Source of the DNA: Dendrobates tinctorius
Taxonomy: Eukaryota
Direction: 5' to 3'
Assembly (NCBI RefSeq): GCF_039654945.1
Contig: NW_027361784.1
Coordinates: forward strand, 22,258,001-22,322,000
Length of the DNA stretch: 64,000 nucleotides
This document shows, in pieces, positions 61,551 through 64,000 of this stretch. Under the pieces are notes generated by a model, which was not told the DNA's origin, ran no database searches, and saw nothing but the letters and a program-made list of their open reading frames with translations. The translations under genes were made by a program, and so were the position numbers. Positions within the stretch are counted from its first letter, which is position 1. The number at the start of each line of letters is the position of its first letter.

Positions 61551-61800
61551 TAAATTTGCAGATACATGTTTTGGAGTGTTGCCCCTCTTCAGTGTAAAGC
61601 TGGAGATCTGATTCCAGTATGGCACTATGCACAAGGAGAAAAGTTCCCCCTTAGACCTCCAGTCCAAGGCCTCTCACTTTGTCAAATCAGAATCAGCTCT
61701 CCTGCTTTGCATTGATGAGAGGCAAACACCCCAAAACACGTATGCAAATGGTGTTTCTGGTTTGGCTTCTTACCTTAAGTCATGTGTCAAGCCTCCTTAA
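61551..61800. repeat. Two divergently oriented retrozyme-like repeat copies with decayed hammerheads
   Basis: Minus 61555-61598 (CUGAAGA GGGG caaca CUCC AAAAC AUGU AUC) and plus 61706-61748 (UUUGCA UUGAUGA GAGG..CCCC AAAAC ACGUA UGCAAA). Confidence 0.65.
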
Positions 61801-62327
61801 AGCAAACCTTTAGCAAAGCAGAATTTTGCTAAGTAAACTACAGACACTGTCAAGTTGCCACTGTTATTCTGATTAAAATGATACTTGGGGTGAAGAAATC
61901 CATCTTGTGGTTCTTGTGTAAGCAGTGTTAGAAGTTTTTAGCTAACGATATGCCAGTGCTCCTGAGAAGGACTGTAGGCAGAGTCTTATCATGGTGCTAT
62001 AAGCCAGAGAAACCAAGGGATGACCCATCCACAGGCTGCCCTGAAGCACAAACATGTTGCTCACCATAGAGACAGACTGGTTGTGCTTCGGGGCGGTTTG
62101 TAGGCAGGTCGTTCCTTGGTTTCTCTGGCTTAGAGCAGGAAGATAAGACTCTGCCTACAGTCCCACCGCAGAGCTTTGGCACTTCATTAACTGAAAACTT
62201 CTAACATTGATTACACAAGAACCACAAGACAAATTTCTTTAACCCAGGTATCATTTTAATCAGTATTTCAGCAGCAACCTGACAATACCTGTAGATTACT
62301 TAGAAAAATCCTGCTAACAGGTTTACT
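61801..62327. mobile_element. Kolobok/T2-type palindromic MITE inserted in the hammerhead repeat
   Basis: TTAA at 61797-61800 and 62328-62331; long internal inverted symmetry; the host repeat resumes afterwards (AGGGTTGATAATGACTTTT). Confidence 0.7.
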
Positions 62328-64000
62328 TTAAAGGGTTGATAATGACTTTTCAGCTTCTTCTTTGCAGGTAACCTAGATGATTCTGCAGCCGATCCTAGAA
62401 ATTACTGTTTTGTCTGTTTTCACTATTAGCTATAGGTCGTAGGCCCGAAATATAGCATGAATCAAGGAAAAGCCTGATACTGATACTTTTTTGAGCTGTG
62501 CCGGTGACGCCAATGCACTGTGTCATTCAACATCAAAAGTACAAATAGGATGTTGTGACTGCCTGCCTTAGATAAAGGAAACTGTGCTCCGGAGCACCCT
62601 TTGTACAGTGCACCCGAAGAGATGGGAGAATCGATTTGCAAGACTCCAGTCCATCTGCCAGGACAGTAATCTGTGACTGCTGAATAGGTGGTATGCAAAT
62701 CTTCATATCACTTGGCATTCTAGGCTCCTATTTTGATTAGCCGAGTTGGCGTTACATCATGTCATGTTGCAGTGATGACTTCACGCCAAACTAGCTTATT
62801 AATAGAAGAGCTGGGAATGTTGAGTGTTAAGGAACCAGACCCCAATTGCAAAATCAACAACAGGGCTCACAAATACCACTGATCTTTATTAGTTTTGATC
62901 TTACTTTACAAGCTAAATGGACTTTTTTGAGGACTAAATCATTATTTTAAAAAAGTTTGGTTCAGGTACCAGAGCAGTACCTAAACTCGAAACCAAAACC
63001 GGACCTCATTCAAATGAAAGGGGGACCCGAGCATCAGGTGTTTCCCATGCTGTCATCTGTGTGACAGCGTGAGAAACACTGTCTCTGTTCGGCAATAGCC
63101 TATCATGTTACCGCCGGTCACAGTGCTGCGATTCCCGCGCTGTCATACATATGACAGCAAGTGAGCCAGCAGTTGTGACTGGTGGTAAGAAGGTTACCGT
63201 CAGTCACAGGCATTGGCTGATGAGAGTACTACTCTCATCATCGTACGCCTGCTCTTGCTGCAATAAATAAATATATAAAAAATGGTGTGGGGACCCCTCA
63301 GCTTATTCTGACTGTGTCTTTATTATAATATGACTATAGGGTTAGTAATGGGGGTGTCTTAAAGACACCTCTCCATTACTAACTTGTGAGCTTGATGTCA
63401 GCTGACATTACATATCTTACATCAACCCAACAAATATTACCCCTCTTGCCACCACACCAAGGAAAGTAAGAAGTGGAGGCAAAGCGCCAGAATTGGTGCA
63501 TCTTATGGATGCATCATTTCTAGGGCAGCTTAGAGCTCATGATCTTAGTCTGGGAGGGGGTTAATATCCATGGCCCTTTACTAGGTTATGAATATCAACC
63601 TGCAGCTCTCTCTTTAGCCTTTGTTGGTTATTGGAGAACCCATGTCATTTTTTTAGGGGGGCAGTCTACCCTATAATAACCAGTAAAGGGTAAGCAAACA
63701 GCTGTGAGCTGACACTGATATTAATAGCCTGGGAATCTTTATGTATATTGGATCTTTCCCAGAATATTAATATCAGCCCTCAACTTGGTATTACAAATTT
63801 GGGGGACTGCATGTATTTTTTTGATTTATTTTTTATTTAGTTATATTAGTAAGAAACAAATAGAAAAACTGTTGTGGGTTCCCTTGGTTGGTTATCAAAA
63901 TGGTCCAAAGCTGGCATCAATGATGCAACCACTTTTCACTCCAGCCGATTCATATTAAGCAGAGCGTGAAAGCGCTGCCTGCCTGTGACATCATTGAGGT

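Overview
Vertebrate genomic DNA. The repeat repertoire (TTAA piggyBac and Kolobok/T2 MITEs, Tc1, L2, Gmr1-like and sushi-like Gypsy elements) points to a frog, but the species is not determinable from this window. The only host gene I can support is COLEC10 (collectin liver 1, CL-L1) on the minus strand. Its first four coding exons are 52656-52788, 13323-13394, 8436-8507 and 4099-4152 (signal peptide plus Gly-X-Y collagen domain); the neck/CRD exons lie left of the window. Intron 1 is about 39 kb and is mostly nested mobile DNA. It includes a near-intact chromodomain Tf1/sushi-type Gypsy element with a self-priming signature and 6-bp TSDs, and a decayed piggyBac carrying telomere-type repeats. 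A decayed SCAN-bearing Gmr1-like element (INT before RT, tRNA-Ala PBS) lies upstream of the gene. The least expected signal is about 14 type I hammerhead-ribozyme-like motifs in two classes: (i) a retrozyme-like repeat, including a 5-copy tandem array at about 49.7-50.6 kb, that also carries a CTCF-like core motif, and (ii) short Penelope-like insertions. Most ORFs in the supplied track are repeat artefacts. All calls were made by eye, with no database searches.
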